Assembly: GCF_009914755.1 (NCBI RefSeq)
Contig: NC_060929.1
DNA: 64,000 bases
Strand: one strand, 5' to 3'
Source: the human T2T-CHM13v2.0 reference genome, Homo sapiens
Positions 13,760-27,379 of the stretch are shown one piece after another. The translations under genes and the position numbers were made by a program. Below the pieces are notes generated by a model. It was given only the letters and a program-made list of their open reading frames with translations. It made no database searches and was not told the origin of the DNA. Within the stretch, counting starts at the first letter, position 1. Every line of letters starts with the position of its first letter.

Positions 13760-16100
13760 AGGCTTCTGGGCCAACAGGATGCTGAGAATGTATGCTTCAA
13801 GAAACCTTCTTCCTAACACAGCAATGAATGATAAAATGTTAAACACACACACACATGCACACACACACACACCACACACCACAGCTGGACTCAAATATAA
13901 GACAAATATCTACATGGGTGAGAAACAGAACAGAAACAGAGTGGTGAATCAAAGCTGAAGTCACAATTTTCTAAGTTACGTAGTTGTGGCAAAGCACTAA
14001 GCAATGGTAGCTCAAAGGTCAATAATAGTAGTCCTCTCATAATTGGGGAGACTTGAGCTTCACTTGCTGCTGAAATCTGGTGAGCTGCCTCCCCTTGCAA
14101 AAGGAAGTAGGAAGAATGTAATGTCTATTAAACGTTATTAAATGTAGCTGAATAGAGCTAAGGGCACATAGAAATTGTGGGTCCAAGGAGTCACCGAGGA
14201 AAACAACCACAATTTCATTCTCTAAAACTGAATCAAGCTGCGTTCAAGCTGCAGCCTAGATTTCTCATATTCCTCACTGCTCCATAGGGCTGCTAACTCC
14301 AAACTGTGATGATAAAACCTAGTCCTGTATTGGAGACTAAAAGTGTACAGAGGCAACCACAAAATGCCTAGACCAGGAAGAGTGAGCAGCATGGGAACCG
14401 GGCAGAGGAGGGTGTGTGTGTGTGTCTGTGTGTGTGTGCGTGTGTGTGTGTGTGTGTAGAGTGAGAGAGAAAGAGAGAGAGAATATTCAAAGTAAACCAG
14501 CATACAAAAATTTTAAAACATATGTAGAAAATACAGTCAACAAAATCAACAATCAAGCTAATGAAGTTTTCTATATGATATGTATTTCGAAGAAGAGTTT
14601 GGCAAAGACTTAAAAATGTTGAGGTTGTCAAAGAGATAACAGAAAATATAGCTATTTAAATAGAATACAAAATTATTGAATAAAAGTAAACATGAACACA
14701 GCAAGAACAGAAATGACAGATGATAGATAGATAGATAAATAGATATGCTAATTAGAAATTTTGGAAAGAAAAAAAACTGTCAATGAATTTGAAAATGCAA
14801 TAGATGAGAAATTTTCTGACAAAATAAAGCCCAAGAATAAATTAATGAGCTGGAACATAGAACTGAAGAATTCTAGCATGAAAAGACAAAGAGGTAAATA
14901 GGAAAATATTGTTAAGAAGCCAGATTGAGAGTCTCCAACATTTACAAAATAGGAGTTCTTGAAGGAAAAAGAGTAATAGTGAAGATGTAACCTTTAAGGA
15001 AATGATTATTGAGAAGTTTTTATAATTACAGAAGGACTAAATTTTCAGCTTCAGAGGGAGGCAAAGAAACAAGGCTACTAAATAAAAAATAAATCTCTGC
15101 AAGAATACATTATAAAAATCATGAAGATATGATCTCAAAAGTTAGCAGAGGAAAAAGAATGATTACTTATGGATAATGACAGTAAATTTAACAGGATATT
15201 ATTTATTAGCAAAATGGAGGCCAGAAGAAAATAGGTAAAAGTAGGCAAGGGAAAATCAATGCCGAACTATAATTTTATACCCAGTCTAAAAATCATTCAA
15301 AACTAAAATATCTTTAGATATTTTCACATATACAAAGTCTACATACACACGCACACACATACATAATCCACTCAGTCACACTCATATACACTTACACATA
15401 CAGATACACTTATGCTCACATTCACACACACACACACACACACACAGTTCTTATTTAAGATGTGCTTTAGTTGGTGGACAAGTGAATCTGGAAGAAGAAA
15501 TATAAAACAATGATAAAATATGTTAATTGGCTATTGATTATGAAAAATAATTTCTAAAGTTTAAAATAATGTTTAAATTTCGGCAGGGCCCGGTGGCTCA
15601 TGGCTATAATCCCAGCACTCTGGGAGGCCCAGTGGGTGGATCACCTGAGGTCAGGAGTTTGAGACCAGCCTGACCAATGTGGAGAAAGCCCGTCTCTACT
15701 AAAAATACAAAATTAGATGGGCATGGTCGTGAATGCCTGTAATCCCAGCTTCTCAGGAGGCTGAGGCAGGAGAATAGCTTGAACCCAGGAGTCGGAGGTT
15801 GCAGTGAGCCAAAATCGCACCATTGCACTCCAGCCTGGGCAACAAGAGCTAGACTCTGTCTCAAAAAATAAAAATAAAAATAAATAATGTTTAAACTTCA
15901 ATAAAAACATAAAATTGAAATTTCAAACAACAGTAATGAAGTGACGGGGTGGAAGGTTATTCACTGGGTAAGTAAACCCTGACAGCTCTTATCATAGTTG
16001 AGAGAAGAGAGAATTACTGCACTGGACAGCGATAAATTTTTTAGATGGTTTTATATTTTATTATGCATATCCAAGTGTAGATAGTAAAAGAAAAAAAAAT
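13760..16100 (+). mobile_element. Very old L1 (L1ME-like) 5'/ORF1-region remnant with embedded (TG)/(GA)/(CA) repeats and an Alu
   Basis: A-rich plus strand with ORF1-like stretches (aataggagttcttgaaggaaaa; aaaatggaggccagaagaaaat; aattttatacccag). Confidence 0.5.
15582..15881 (+). mobile_element. AluS (Sx/Sq-like), full length
   Basis: Dimeric Alu with A tail; TSD aaataatgtttaaa(t/c)ttc on both sides. Confidence 0.95.
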
Positions 16101-18148
16101 CAATCATGAAGCAGAAGAGATTTTGCTGAGATAAACCATTATCCCTGATCAGCAAGTTTTCTCCAGGTGGATACAAGTTTTCTCAAGGACAAAGTAGAGG
16201 TTGTTTGATCTTAGAGAAATAGGGGGCTATTCGGGCAGGGTGACAATTAGATGTTTCTTTTAAAAGATAGCAAGCTTCAAGGAAGTGAATTTCTGTCTTC
16301 ACCAGTGAAGATACCCTTTGAAGTTGGCCTTAGAGCACTGTGATTGACACTGGATGTTTTTGCAATAGTTGCTACCATAGGGTGCTGGAGTGGAATTTTC
16401 ATAGGGTTTCTTTAGGAAAAGGGAATTTCCCAAACTCAGGAGCTTGAGGTGAGCTCTTGGGTTTTCCCTCAAAGCCATGCATCAGGGCCTGGGTCTGTCC
16501 TTGGAACACCAGGTCAGACTGAATCAATAACTCCCGTCACACTAAGACACACCTCTGTTGTTTCCTCCCATTCTCTTGGAAATCCATTTTTTCAGTGGAG
16601 AGAATCAGGCCAAAATGGGTCTTTCTATAGAGCTCCCACCCCCAGACTCTCACAGTAACTGTCATTTATTTATCTTACTGGAGCCTACCCTCCATGGTGC
16701 CGGGGTAACATTCTGTCCCTGTCTATGCTGTGATTGGGGGTCATAGAGAATGCTACAGAGGAGAGAAAAAGCTGAAGCAGTATTTTGAGCCCTCCCTGAT
16801 GACACTGCTGACCCCAGCTGGTTCCAGGCACTGCTGCAGGGGGACATAGAACACTTTGAGGAAAGCATTTTAAAGTACATGGCTCTGTGAGGCACAGGGT
16901 CCCTGCTTGCTCAGGTCTAAGGCCAGTACTGTGCAATGAGGAAAATGCTACGTAAATGTTCAGGAATGAATTTGACCCCATTTCTCAATTCTGGCTGGGT
17001 TGAATGGCCATAGGGCTTAGGACTTAGGTTGGTGAGGGCAGTAATAGAATCGTTCCTCCTGGAGCACCAGAAGATGGGATATGATATACAAGGCTGCGGG
17101 TTGGTTATGAAAAGAGAAATAGGACACTTCAAACACATTGTTCTTATTTTGCATTATCACTGGATGTTGATTATTTCAATATTCACGTCTAAGATTCTGT
17201 TGAATGCAAAATCATTATTACCACTTCAATAGCTGCTATTTACTTACTTTGCCTTTCAATAAATTTACAGGAAGATTTAATTAAGTAAGAAGGCCTTGAC
17301 AAGACGATATATTTCTGAGACATTGTAGCATGCTACAAATGGTGACATAAGGTCAAATGCCGATGATTTTATCCTCAAATGAACTATAATAACTTCCCTG
17401 ACATGCACTCCCTGGAATTTTCAATTGTTATGAAATGGAATTTATAATTAAAGGAAGAAGCTAATACCATGTGCTGGACTAGAATAAAAATAACAAAACC
17501 TCTACTTATTAATATTTTTAAGTGAAAAGAAATACAAAGAAGGAACTAGAAAAGAACTAACATTTATTCAGAGCTTATTATAAATCAGAGTGTGTATTAG
17601 ACAATTTAACTTTGAACACTTAAGTTAGAATTCACAATGACTCGATATAGCATGTTCATTAAAAGGACAGGAGATTTCAGATTTAAAGGCATACCAGCAA
17701 TGTTCCCCAGTGAATGGATTTGTCAAAGGGGTTTGTGGGGATAAAGAACAGGAAATATTTTCAACAGCCTGATGACCAGACATCATTCAAGGAATTGAAG
17801 GACTGTAATATCATTTAAGATACAGCTACACACGCAAATCCGGCCTCAGGGATGACTAAAACGCCACCAATTCTCCTGTTTGCTTGCGTATACAGTTTTG
17901 CCCACAGGCACCATTTGCTCCCCTATTATGATGACTCAGGTAGACCTTGTCTCAGTTTCTACATCTCCTTCTATAGCTCATATAATATTTTCTATAGGGC
18001 TTCAAATATAAGGAGAAAAGTAGAGTAAAGTGTAATCTGTTAGAAAGAAAGCAAACATGAGAGTAAAAAAATTCCGTGTGACCCTGCTTATAGGCATGAC
18101 TCCAATAAACTGAGCTTCAGTGTACTCAATTTTGAGTATACTGAATTG

Positions 18149-18431
<283 letters not shown>

Positions 18432-19581
18432 GGAAGTGATTGCATAATAATTGATGTAAAGTGAGTCGCAATGTATAGTAGGAATTTTGTAATTTAGTTT
18501 TGAACTGGTGTTACTGGCCAAACACCATCCAGTATAAGGAGTGAGCTCTACAAGCCTGGATACCTTTCAGTGTATTAGCCAACTTTGGGCCCACTGTAGA
18601 CCCATCAATGATAGCCAGAGTAGTAGGGTCATGGGATCCGCTATGCTAGTAATGACTGTCTGGCGGGGCTACTTCACAAAGCTCTGGATGATGTCAGATG
18701 TTATCCTAAAGTCTGATGGCACTCAACTGTAGCTTTGCTTGCTCACTGCATTATCACCAAGGTGACAATTAGTGGTGGGCTTCCCCAGCTCAGATTGTGC
18801 CCTTTTGAAGAGTCTCAACAGTGTGTATGGTCCCTAGTTTGCAATTTACATACAAATGATAATTAATAATTGAACATTTTTACTGTAAACTATTCAACAC
18901 TATCCTTTCTCTTTTTAGAAGAATTTGTTAATGATCTAAGCTCCATGAATGAAAGAAGATTTCCTGCCAAGTTTGACACCCACTCTAAATGGACAAATCT
19001 GAGCTTTGAAGGCAAAACAAAACATTTGGGATTCTGTGATACTTTACCAATGACCAAACCTAACTTCCTCTTTTGGAGAAGAAATTTAATGTAAACCTTC
19101 ATGTGAAAATTCCCAAAGATTTTTCAGATACCACAGTCCTCTTCAAACCAAAAGCTGGAAGAACAAGTATAAATACACTAAAACATGTGGGATTTGTTTT
19201 CTTTAAAATGTACATTAATTTTTTTAAGTTCAGGGAAGGGTCATTTGAATAATTCTATGAGCTGTACCAAGCCAAAGCCAAGAATACCTCATGGCAGTGT
19301 GGTGAGGCTCTTGATTTCCCACGCCCACATATGCACATAAGATTGCCTTTAACAGATATTTTAAGGAATAAAGGTAAAGGCCATGTTTGTACAAACATAA
19401 TAGTAATAATGATAAAATAATAATAATGATAAAGCCCTTGGAGATGTAGCTTATGGTCACTGGCATAAGAAATTCCCAAAGATTTCCACATAAATAAGGA
19501 AGGACAACTCACCTATGGTGAAAACTTGTTCATATGAATGGCATGGTGACCCCCCAATTCTGACTTCCTCTCACACAGGTG

Positions 19582-19792
19582 AGCCGCACTCTCCAATAGA
19601 ACTTTCTGCAATGATGTCAATGTTCCTCATTCTGCAGTGTCTAATACAGTAGCCACTAGCCATGTGTGGCTATTAAATAATGGAAATATGCCTGGGACTA
19701 AGGAGTTGAAATTTTTGATCTTATTTAGTTTTAATTATCTTTAAATTAAATAGCTTCATGTGGCTAATGGCTACTGTAATGGGCAGGATAGC
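19582..19792. mobile_element. MER3 (hAT-Charlie) DNA transposon
   Basis: tccaatagaactttctgcaatgatg...gtagccactagccatgtgtggctatt...catgtggctaatggctactgta. Confidence 0.8.
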
Positions 19793-20688
19793 TCTACAGA
19801 GCAGGAATAAACCCTTGATTAAATCATTGTTACTCCTTGAATACATCTCTATAATTACAACCATAATAATAAATAATTAACATTTGTTTAGCACTTGGGG
19901 CTTTACCTGCTTATTCCTCACAGAGCAAATTTCAACCATCATTCATGCCCCAGGTATTTGTAAACTTACTCTGGATAAAATCCTATTGTAACAACTAAAG
20001 TGAAGACTCGGGTGATAAGTGTGATGATGGCCCTGGATCCAGGGAGACAGAGCATATAAGTTGGTATAAGGACTGGTATGAATCAGCTCAGGGCACCAGA
20101 TGGACAATCACATGCAAGGGTAGCAAAAATCAGAGAGAAATTTATGGACCATATAGGATAGGAGGATGGTGAACTCATAGGAGTAGATAGTCCCCTTGTA
20201 ACCCAACAGGCTGTAGGTAATCTTGATGTGGGTCCCAGTCCTGGCTCTGATCTTATTATCCTCTGAAACGAAGAGGGAACAACGGGCTACTGACAGTGAA
20301 CTCCAAGGAGTGTAATATAATCACATACTTTCACAAGATGTTGAGATTTACACAGAAATATTTGCAAATAAGAAAGTTTGCCTTTGGTGACTTTGGAGTC
20401 ACACTCAACAACTCTCTTTCTCTCACACCCCACATCTGATCTCTTCAAGCAAATATTATTGACTTTATCTTTAAAATACATTCAGAACCTAGCAACTTCT
20501 CATCACATTCACCATGTTCTGACCACTATCATGCCATAACAGGATTATTGAAATTGTCTTTTCACTTCTCTTTTTGTGTCAGTCCTTGCCACAGCACAGT
20601 ATTGGACATATAGTATATATTTCCACCAAGCAAGCAGATGGAAATAGAAAACCTCAGCAAAGTTTATTGCAACAGCTGGATTTATCAT

Positions 20689-21051
20689 TGATATGATTTG
20701 GATGTGTCCTCACCCAAATCTCATCTTGAATTGTAGCTCCCACAATCCCCATGTATCAAGAGAGGGACCCAGTGGGAGGTAATTGAATCATGGGGGCGGG
20801 TTTTTCCCTTGCTGATCTAGTGATAGTGAATAAGTCTCACAAGAGCTGATGGTTTTATAAAGGGGAGTTCCCCTGTACATGCTCTCTTGCATGCCATCAT
20901 GTAAGATCTGACTTTGCTCCTTCTTTGCCTTCCACCATGATTGTGAGGCCTCCCAGCCATGTGGAACTGTGAGTTCATGAAACCTCTTTTTCTTTTTAAA
21001 TTACCCAGTCTTGGGTATTTCTTCATAGCAGTATGAAAATGGACTAATACA
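20689..21051 (+). mobile_element. THE1-family solo LTR
   Basis: tgatatgatttggatgtgtcctcacccaaatctcatcttgaattgtagctccc...aaaatggactaataca; TSD ATCAT/ATCAC. Confidence 0.9.
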
Positions 21052-21227
21052 ATCACAGACATGATCAAATGGTTGTAATTATATTTTACCTATATCTAAT
21101 TATATTTTCTACTTATGCAATTTTACCTACGTTGTCTGAAAAATCAAAAATAGTGATTACATAAAATTCCACTAAAACTGTACGATATCTGGAAAGAGCA
21201 CAGAGTGATGCTTTAAAAAAATGTGTC

Positions 21228-21368
21228 TGGCAGAGCCTCGTGTCTCACACCTGTAATCCCAACATTTTGAGAGGCTGAAGCAGGAGGATCACTTGAGTGC
21301 AGGAGTTTGAGACCATCCTAGGCAACATAGCAAGGCCATGTCTGTACAACTATAATAATAATAATGAT
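21228..21368 (+). mobile_element. FLAM (free left Alu monomer)
   Basis: Single monomer cacacctgtaatcccaacatttt...ggcaacatagcaagg with (ATA)n tail. Confidence 0.8.
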
Positions 21369-21620
21369 AAAATTTCTTTAAAAATGTATCACCTAATGCT
21401 ACCCTTCTACCCCAAATCCTCTACTAGCTTCCATCTCTGAATAAAAGCCAAATCATCTAAATGGCCTTTAAGTCCCTATATAATCTGACCTCATGTTTCT
21501 ACCACTGTCTGCCTAAATCACTCCATTCCAAACAGAGTGGTCTTCTGAACTTCCCAAGGATGCTCTTGCCTTAGGGACCTTCTGCTATAAGTTTCTTACC
21601 CTACATTCTAGCATAGACCT

Positions 21621-22005
21621 TCTTATAGACTGAATGTTTGTGTCTCCCTCAAATTCATATGTTGAAATCTTAATTTCCAGTGTGATGGTATCTGGAGATT
21701 GGGCCTTTGGGAGGTAACAAGGTTAGATTAGGTCATGAGGGCAGGGTCTTCATAACACAATTAGTACCCTTATTTAAAAAAAAGAAAAGGCAGTAACACA
21801 GGATCTCTTTCTCTATGCTCTCCGTTATGTAAGGTTTCAACCAAAAGATGGTCATCTGCAAGCCAGAAAGAGGGCTCTCAGCAGAAATGAGATCTATTGG
21901 TACCTTGATGTTGAAATTTTCAGCCTCCAGAACTATAAGAAATAAATGTTTGTTGTAGAGTCACCCAGTCCATGGTAATTTGTTGTAACAGCTAGAACTA
22001 AGATA
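21621..22005 (+). mobile_element. MLT1A-like MaLR solo LTR
   Basis: tatagactgaatgtttgtgtctccctcaaattcatatgttgaaatc...cagcctccagaactataagaaataaatg...actaagata; TSD GACCT both sides. Confidence 0.85.
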
Positions 22006-22537
22006 GACCTTCCTCCCACCTTTGCTCAAACATCATCTTTGCAATGAAACCTTTCCTGATTACCGTGTCTTAAATTTGCCACTCACACCCCTCACATACA
22101 CCCTTTTCTCTAGTTCAGCTTCATTTTCCTCCATTAAACTATTAACTATCTAAAATACTATTTTTTATATTTTATTGATTGTCTATTTCTCTCCACCAAA
22201 ATATAAGCTCCATTAAGATGGGATTTTGTTTTGTTTTGTTTGGTTCATTGCTTTATCCACAACATATAGAGAATTTCTTAATAGGTAGTAGACACTAAAA
22301 CAAATAAATAAAATGAAGAATAAAGCTTTCTGAGTGGAAAGTTGATGAAAAAGAAGTTTTAAACCACTAAAGGTTTGTTGTTAGGACAAAGTTTGCATGC
22401 ATTTCAACTATTGCACTTGTCCTCCAATGTTTTTTTCCTCAATTTCAACAACAGAAATTAGCCCACAGCTATATTTTGTTTGTAAGAGAATTTCTCTCCA
22501 ACTAAGAGGTCATGAATCTTGCTTGGCCACAGTTAAA

Positions 22538-22770
22538 AAATGAGAACACTTGGACACAGGAAGGGGAACATCACACACTGGGGCCTGTTGTGGGGTGGGG
22601 AGAGGGGGGAGAGATAGCATTAGGAGATATGCCTAATGTAAATGACAAGTTAACGGATGCAGCACACCAACATGGCACATTTTTGCATATGTAACAAACC
22701 TGCACGTTGTGCACATGTACCCTAGAACTTAAAGTATAATAAAAAATATGTATATATATAAAAGAAAATA
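22538..22770 (+). mobile_element. L1PA 3' end (5' truncated)
   Basis: aatgagaacacttggacacaggaaggggaacatcacacac...gtgcacatgtaccctagaacttaaagtataataaaaaa. Confidence 0.95.
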
Positions 22771-23073
22771 ATACAAACATTATACATGGAAATTATGTCA
22801 CTTAGTTAAAGTAAAACATACATTTATTCCAAGATGAAAAAAAAATTGTAGACACATCGAATGTTACAGCTGGGAGAGGCTATAAGAAACACTACTCCAG
22901 TGGGCCTCAAACTATGTTCCCACAATAGCTAGACCAAGTTTTCCCACCATAAAATAAAGTAACACAATATTTTATCCAATTTTCCGAAAACATAAAGCTA
23001 ATAGAAAAAGTTTTCTCAATTTTTTTTCTCATAAATTTCTCTTACGGTATTGGCACTGCAATCACTTAACTAA

Positions 23074-23434
23074 TGATATGGTTTGGCTGTGCCCCCACCC
23101 AAATCTCATCTTGAATTGTAGCTCCCATAATTCCCACTTGTTGTGAGAGGGGTGAGGTGGGAGATAATTGAATCATGAAGGCAGTTTCCCCCATACTGTT
23201 CTCATGGTAGTGAATAAGTCTCATAAGATCTGATGGTTTTATAAGGGGTTTCCCCTTTCACTTGGCTTTTCATTCTCTCATGCCTGCCACCATGTAAGAC
23301 ATACTTTTCACCTTCCTCCATGATTATGAGGCCTCCCCAGCCACATGGAACTGAGTCCATTAAACCTCTTTTTCTTTATAAATTACCCAGTCTCAAGTAT
23401 GTCTTAATCAGCAGCATGAAAATGGACTAATACA
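23074..23434 (+). mobile_element. THE1-family solo LTR
   Basis: tgatatggtttggctgtgccccacccaaatctcatc...aaaatggactaataca; perfect TSD ACTAA. Confidence 0.9.
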
Positions 23435-24017
23435 ACTAACAAGCATTTTAAGATGTCAAAAATTAATAAACAAGAAGCAAGCAGATAGAAATAGAAAATC
23501 CTAGAAATGTTTATTGCAATAGCTGGATTTATCATAGACATGATCAAATGGTTGTAATTCTATTTTTGCCTATATCGAATTACATTTTCTACTAGGGCAA
23601 TTTCCCCTACTTTGTCTAAAAAAAATTAAAAATAATGATTACATGGCATTCCACTAAAACTATAATATCTGGAAAACAGAATTCTAACTGTAGGTTCTCT
23701 AAGTTGAGACAAGTTTGAAAACATCTGATCTAGTCTAGGCCTTAATTTCACAGATGCTGCAACTTACACCGAAGGGAGGTGGCTGGCTCAAAGTCACATA
23801 GTGACAAAAATATATAACTTGACAAATCTTTTCTGCTTACCTCTTTCTTCCCGATTTCAAATCTCAAGGATTTGGTTTGTTTTTCTTTTTTTAAGATCTC
23901 ACTATTTACTTTATTATAAGAGGAATATCTGCTCAAAAATCAGTCTATTAAATTGAGTTTCCCTGGAAGCCAACTCCTTTTCAATCTCCCAACAAGCCCA
24001 CTTTTCTAATCACTATG

Positions 24018-24147
24018 TGTATTAGGATTGTCAGAGAAACAGAATGAGTAACTTTATATATATATAGAGAGAGAACTTTATATATATATTTATATATATA
24101 ATAACTCATATATACATATATAGAGATAGGTAGATATTATAAATATA

Positions 24148-24216
<69 letters not shown>

Positions 24217-24646
24217 ATGGAGACAGAGAGATTATGAAAAATTGGCTCATGCAATTGCGAAGGATGAGAAGTTCCAAGATCTGCAGTTAACAAGCTGGAG
24301 ATCTAGGAGAGTTGGTAATATAGCTCCAGTCTGAAAACCAGTGGTCTTGAAACCCAAGAAGAATTATTGTTTCTGTTCAAGTCCATAGGCAGGAAAAAAA
24401 CTGATGTTCTAGCATGAAGGCAGTCAGGTAAGAGAAGTTCCCTCTTATTTAGGCTTTTCGTTATAATCAGGCCTTCAACTGATTGGATGGGACCCACCCA
24501 CATTAGAGAGGGCAATCTGCTTTACTCAGTCTACCAACTTATGTTAATCTCATCCACAAGTACCTTAAAGACAAGGAATAATGTTTGATCAAATATCTGG
24601 GCACCCTGTGGCCCAGTTAAGTTGAAAGATAAAATGAACCATCACA
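24018..24646 (-). mobile_element. MLT2-family solo LTR with internal (TA)n/(TG)n microsatellite
   Basis: cagagaaacagaa...ttggctcatgcaattg...gggcaatctgctttactcagtctacc...aaccatcaca. Confidence 0.85.
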
Positions 24647-25831
24647 ATGTGTAGGTAATAAAGTCTTATTAAAAAAAAAAGAGATAGAGAGTTATAAAAC
24701 TACGAAAAATATAAAAAGAAAGGGAGAACTTTAGCATATCTTCTCCAAGACATGGCTAAAAAGCTAGAAAACCATGGATAGTTTTGAACCCCCCAAATAG
24801 GTTTCCCTTGAAAAATTTTTCCTGGAGGATTTCAGGGGAAGAAAAAAAAGCACATAAAAGAAGACTTCTAATTTTAAAACATTTCAAATGTCTTTGTTTT
24901 TTAGAGCACTGGAAGATCTTGCAATACAAGCCCATTTCTTAAATGGCAGCAATCAATTGGATCAAGTAGCAACTACTCCCTTTATACAGGCCTAGAGTTT
25001 TCTGTTCACCCCAGTTCTCTCTGTCCTTTTCACCAGAAAATGTTAGTTTCCAATCAATACTAATTTGATCATCATTTTTATCTTACTAAAGTAGAATAGT
25101 TTTGTGTCTTCATGTCATCATCAAAATTGGGGAAAAAATAAACTAAGGTGATAATGAATTTAAAGAATACAGTGAGAAGAATCACATTTATTTTATAAAT
25201 TAATTATATTGTATTAATTATATTATTATGTTTTAATATGCATACAATATGTTTCTGTGTAGAAACAACTAAAATTAGTTGTTGTTTTTCATATATTAGC
25301 CCATAGCCTTACTTGAGTTTGTGATTCCTATTTTATAGTCATGATTATTAACTCACTTCATATATAGTAATTGAAAGCTGTGGGCTTCCTGTTTGCTTTC
25401 TCCTCTAAAGACTATTACTAATACTCCTAACTCATAGTAGACACATCTCATGCCTAATGTCTCTGCAGCTTCCTTGCTCACCACCAACCCATCACACAAC
25501 ACACATTAACACCCACCAACTACACAATAAATGAAACAGTTGTAAGTTGTTCCTTGCAAAGAAGTAGCCATTCATGGTGACATTGCCAGGCGCTTGGCCT
25601 AAGGGCACTACAACTTGAACCCACTAAGCTAGGGAGTGACCTAGCTTTTTATTATGGCAACCAGACTTGCTCTGTTTTGAATTTTTGATGTTATAAGATT
25701 TTAATTTTTATATGTTTAAAATTTCAATTTTAATTTAATGAGATTGTCCAGATAATAATGAGAATAGAGGAGACAGCCAGACAGGACAAAAACAGAAAGT
25801 AAGATGAGACCACATGGTACATAAAAAAGCT

Positions 25832-25992
25832 GGCTGAGCATGGTGGCTCATGCCTGCAATTCCAGCACTTTGGGAGGCTGAGGCAGGAGGATCACTTGAG
25901 CCCAGGAGATCACGGATGCAGTGAGCTACGATTGTACCACTTACTCTAACCTGGGCAACAGAGTGAAACCTTGTCTCTGAAAACAAAACAAG
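25832..25992 (+). mobile_element. Monomeric Alu-family element (FLAM/FRAM/AluJ fragment)
   Basis: ggctgagcatggtggctcatgcctgcaattccagcac...ctgggcaacagagtgaaacc. Confidence 0.8.
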
Positions 25993-26203
25993 AACTACTG
26001 AGAAATTCATGTTTTTTTAAAGCTTCCTCTGTGACCAAGAGATTATTCCCTTTCAGAATATAAATATTAGCCTAAATTAGATTATATAATTATATTTTTA
26101 AAAAGTTTACTTTTTTTTTTCCACATCTCAAGGAACTGCCTATGCTAAGGGACTCCTAACCAAGTCGGCCTCTTGTTTCAGGTAATTTTCAACAATGACC
26201 ATG

Positions 26204-26763
26204 TCTATTAGTCAGGGTTCTCTAGAGGGACAGAACAAACAGGATATATGTATATAGGAAAGGGAGTTTATTAAGGAGAATTGACTCACGATCAAGAGGT
26301 AAACTCCCACGATATGTCGTCTGCAAGTTGAGGAGCGAGGAAGCCAGTGGTGGATCAGTCCCAGTCTCAAAACCTCAAAAGTAAGGAAGCTGACAGTGCA
26401 GCCTTTAGTCTCTGGCCAAAGGCCTGAGAGCCCCTGGCAAACCGCTGGTGTAAGTCCAAGAGTCCAAAAGCTGAAGAACTTGGGGTCTGATGTTCTAGGG
26501 CAGGAAGCAACCAGCACAGGAGAAAAGATGAAGACCAGAACACTCAGCAAATCAGACCCTGTCATGTTCTTCTGTCTGCTTTTATTCTAGCCATGCTGGC
26601 AGCTGATTAGATGGTGTCCTCCCCGATTGAGGGTGGATCTGCCTCTCCCAGACCACTGACTCAAATGTTAATCTCCTTTGGCAAGACGCTCACAGACACA
26701 CCTAGAAACAATACTTTTCATCCTTCAATCCAGTCAAGTTGACACTCAATATTAACTGTCACA
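26204..26763 (-). mobile_element. MLT2A-like solo LTR
   Basis: tattagtcagggttctctagagggacagaac...caagttgacactcaatattaactgtcaca; near-TSD CCATG/TCATG. Confidence 0.85.
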
Positions 26764-27010
26764 TCATGTAACCAGAAATCCACTAGTGTGGGTTGAATCT
26801 TTTATTCCTAAAATTGATAAAGAATATTTTTCAGGACTCACTCCAATTCTGAATCTAGGTTAACATCACCAAAGATGACTTTCTGATTTATGTTGGTAAT
26901 TTCTAGGTGTTTGGCCATAAGCTGAGTATATCATTAGTTTCAAAACAGATATACTCATCTCCCAAATGGCATTAGTATGTCATCTTGTTAAGAAAAGTTC
27001 ACTTACAGTT

Positions 27011-27379
27011 TGTCATAGTTCATTTTCTTTTGCTATAACTGAATACCACAAACTGGGCAATTTATAAAGAAAAGGAATGTATTCGTCACATTTCTGGCAG
27101 CTGAGAAGTCTAAGAGCATGGTACTGGCATCTTGTGAAGGCCTTCTTGCTGCCTCATATCATGGTGAAGGGCATCGCATGAGGAGAGGGCAACAGCATGC
27201 CAACTCAAGTCTTTCTTCCTCTTCTTACATAGTTACCAGTCTCATCAGAGGGCCCCACCCTATGACCTTATCTACTCCTAATTATCTCCTATCTCCCATC
27301 TCCAAATACCATCAACATAAGATTTGGGGAATTAAGTTACCAACACATGAAATTTGGGGAACACCTTCAAACCATAACA
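27011..27379 (-). mobile_element. MST-family MaLR solo LTR
   Basis: tgtcatagttcatttt...gctataactgaataccacaaactgggcaatttataaag...aaaccataaca; TSD CAGTT. Confidence 0.85.

Larger units (their letters stand above)
20340..22320 (+). mobile_element. L2 LINE fragmented by later insertions
   Basis: ctttctctcacaccccacatct...; gaataaaagccaaa; aaacctttcctgattacc; aatataagctccattaag...taggtagtagacactaaaacaaataaataaaatgaa. Confidence 0.6.
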
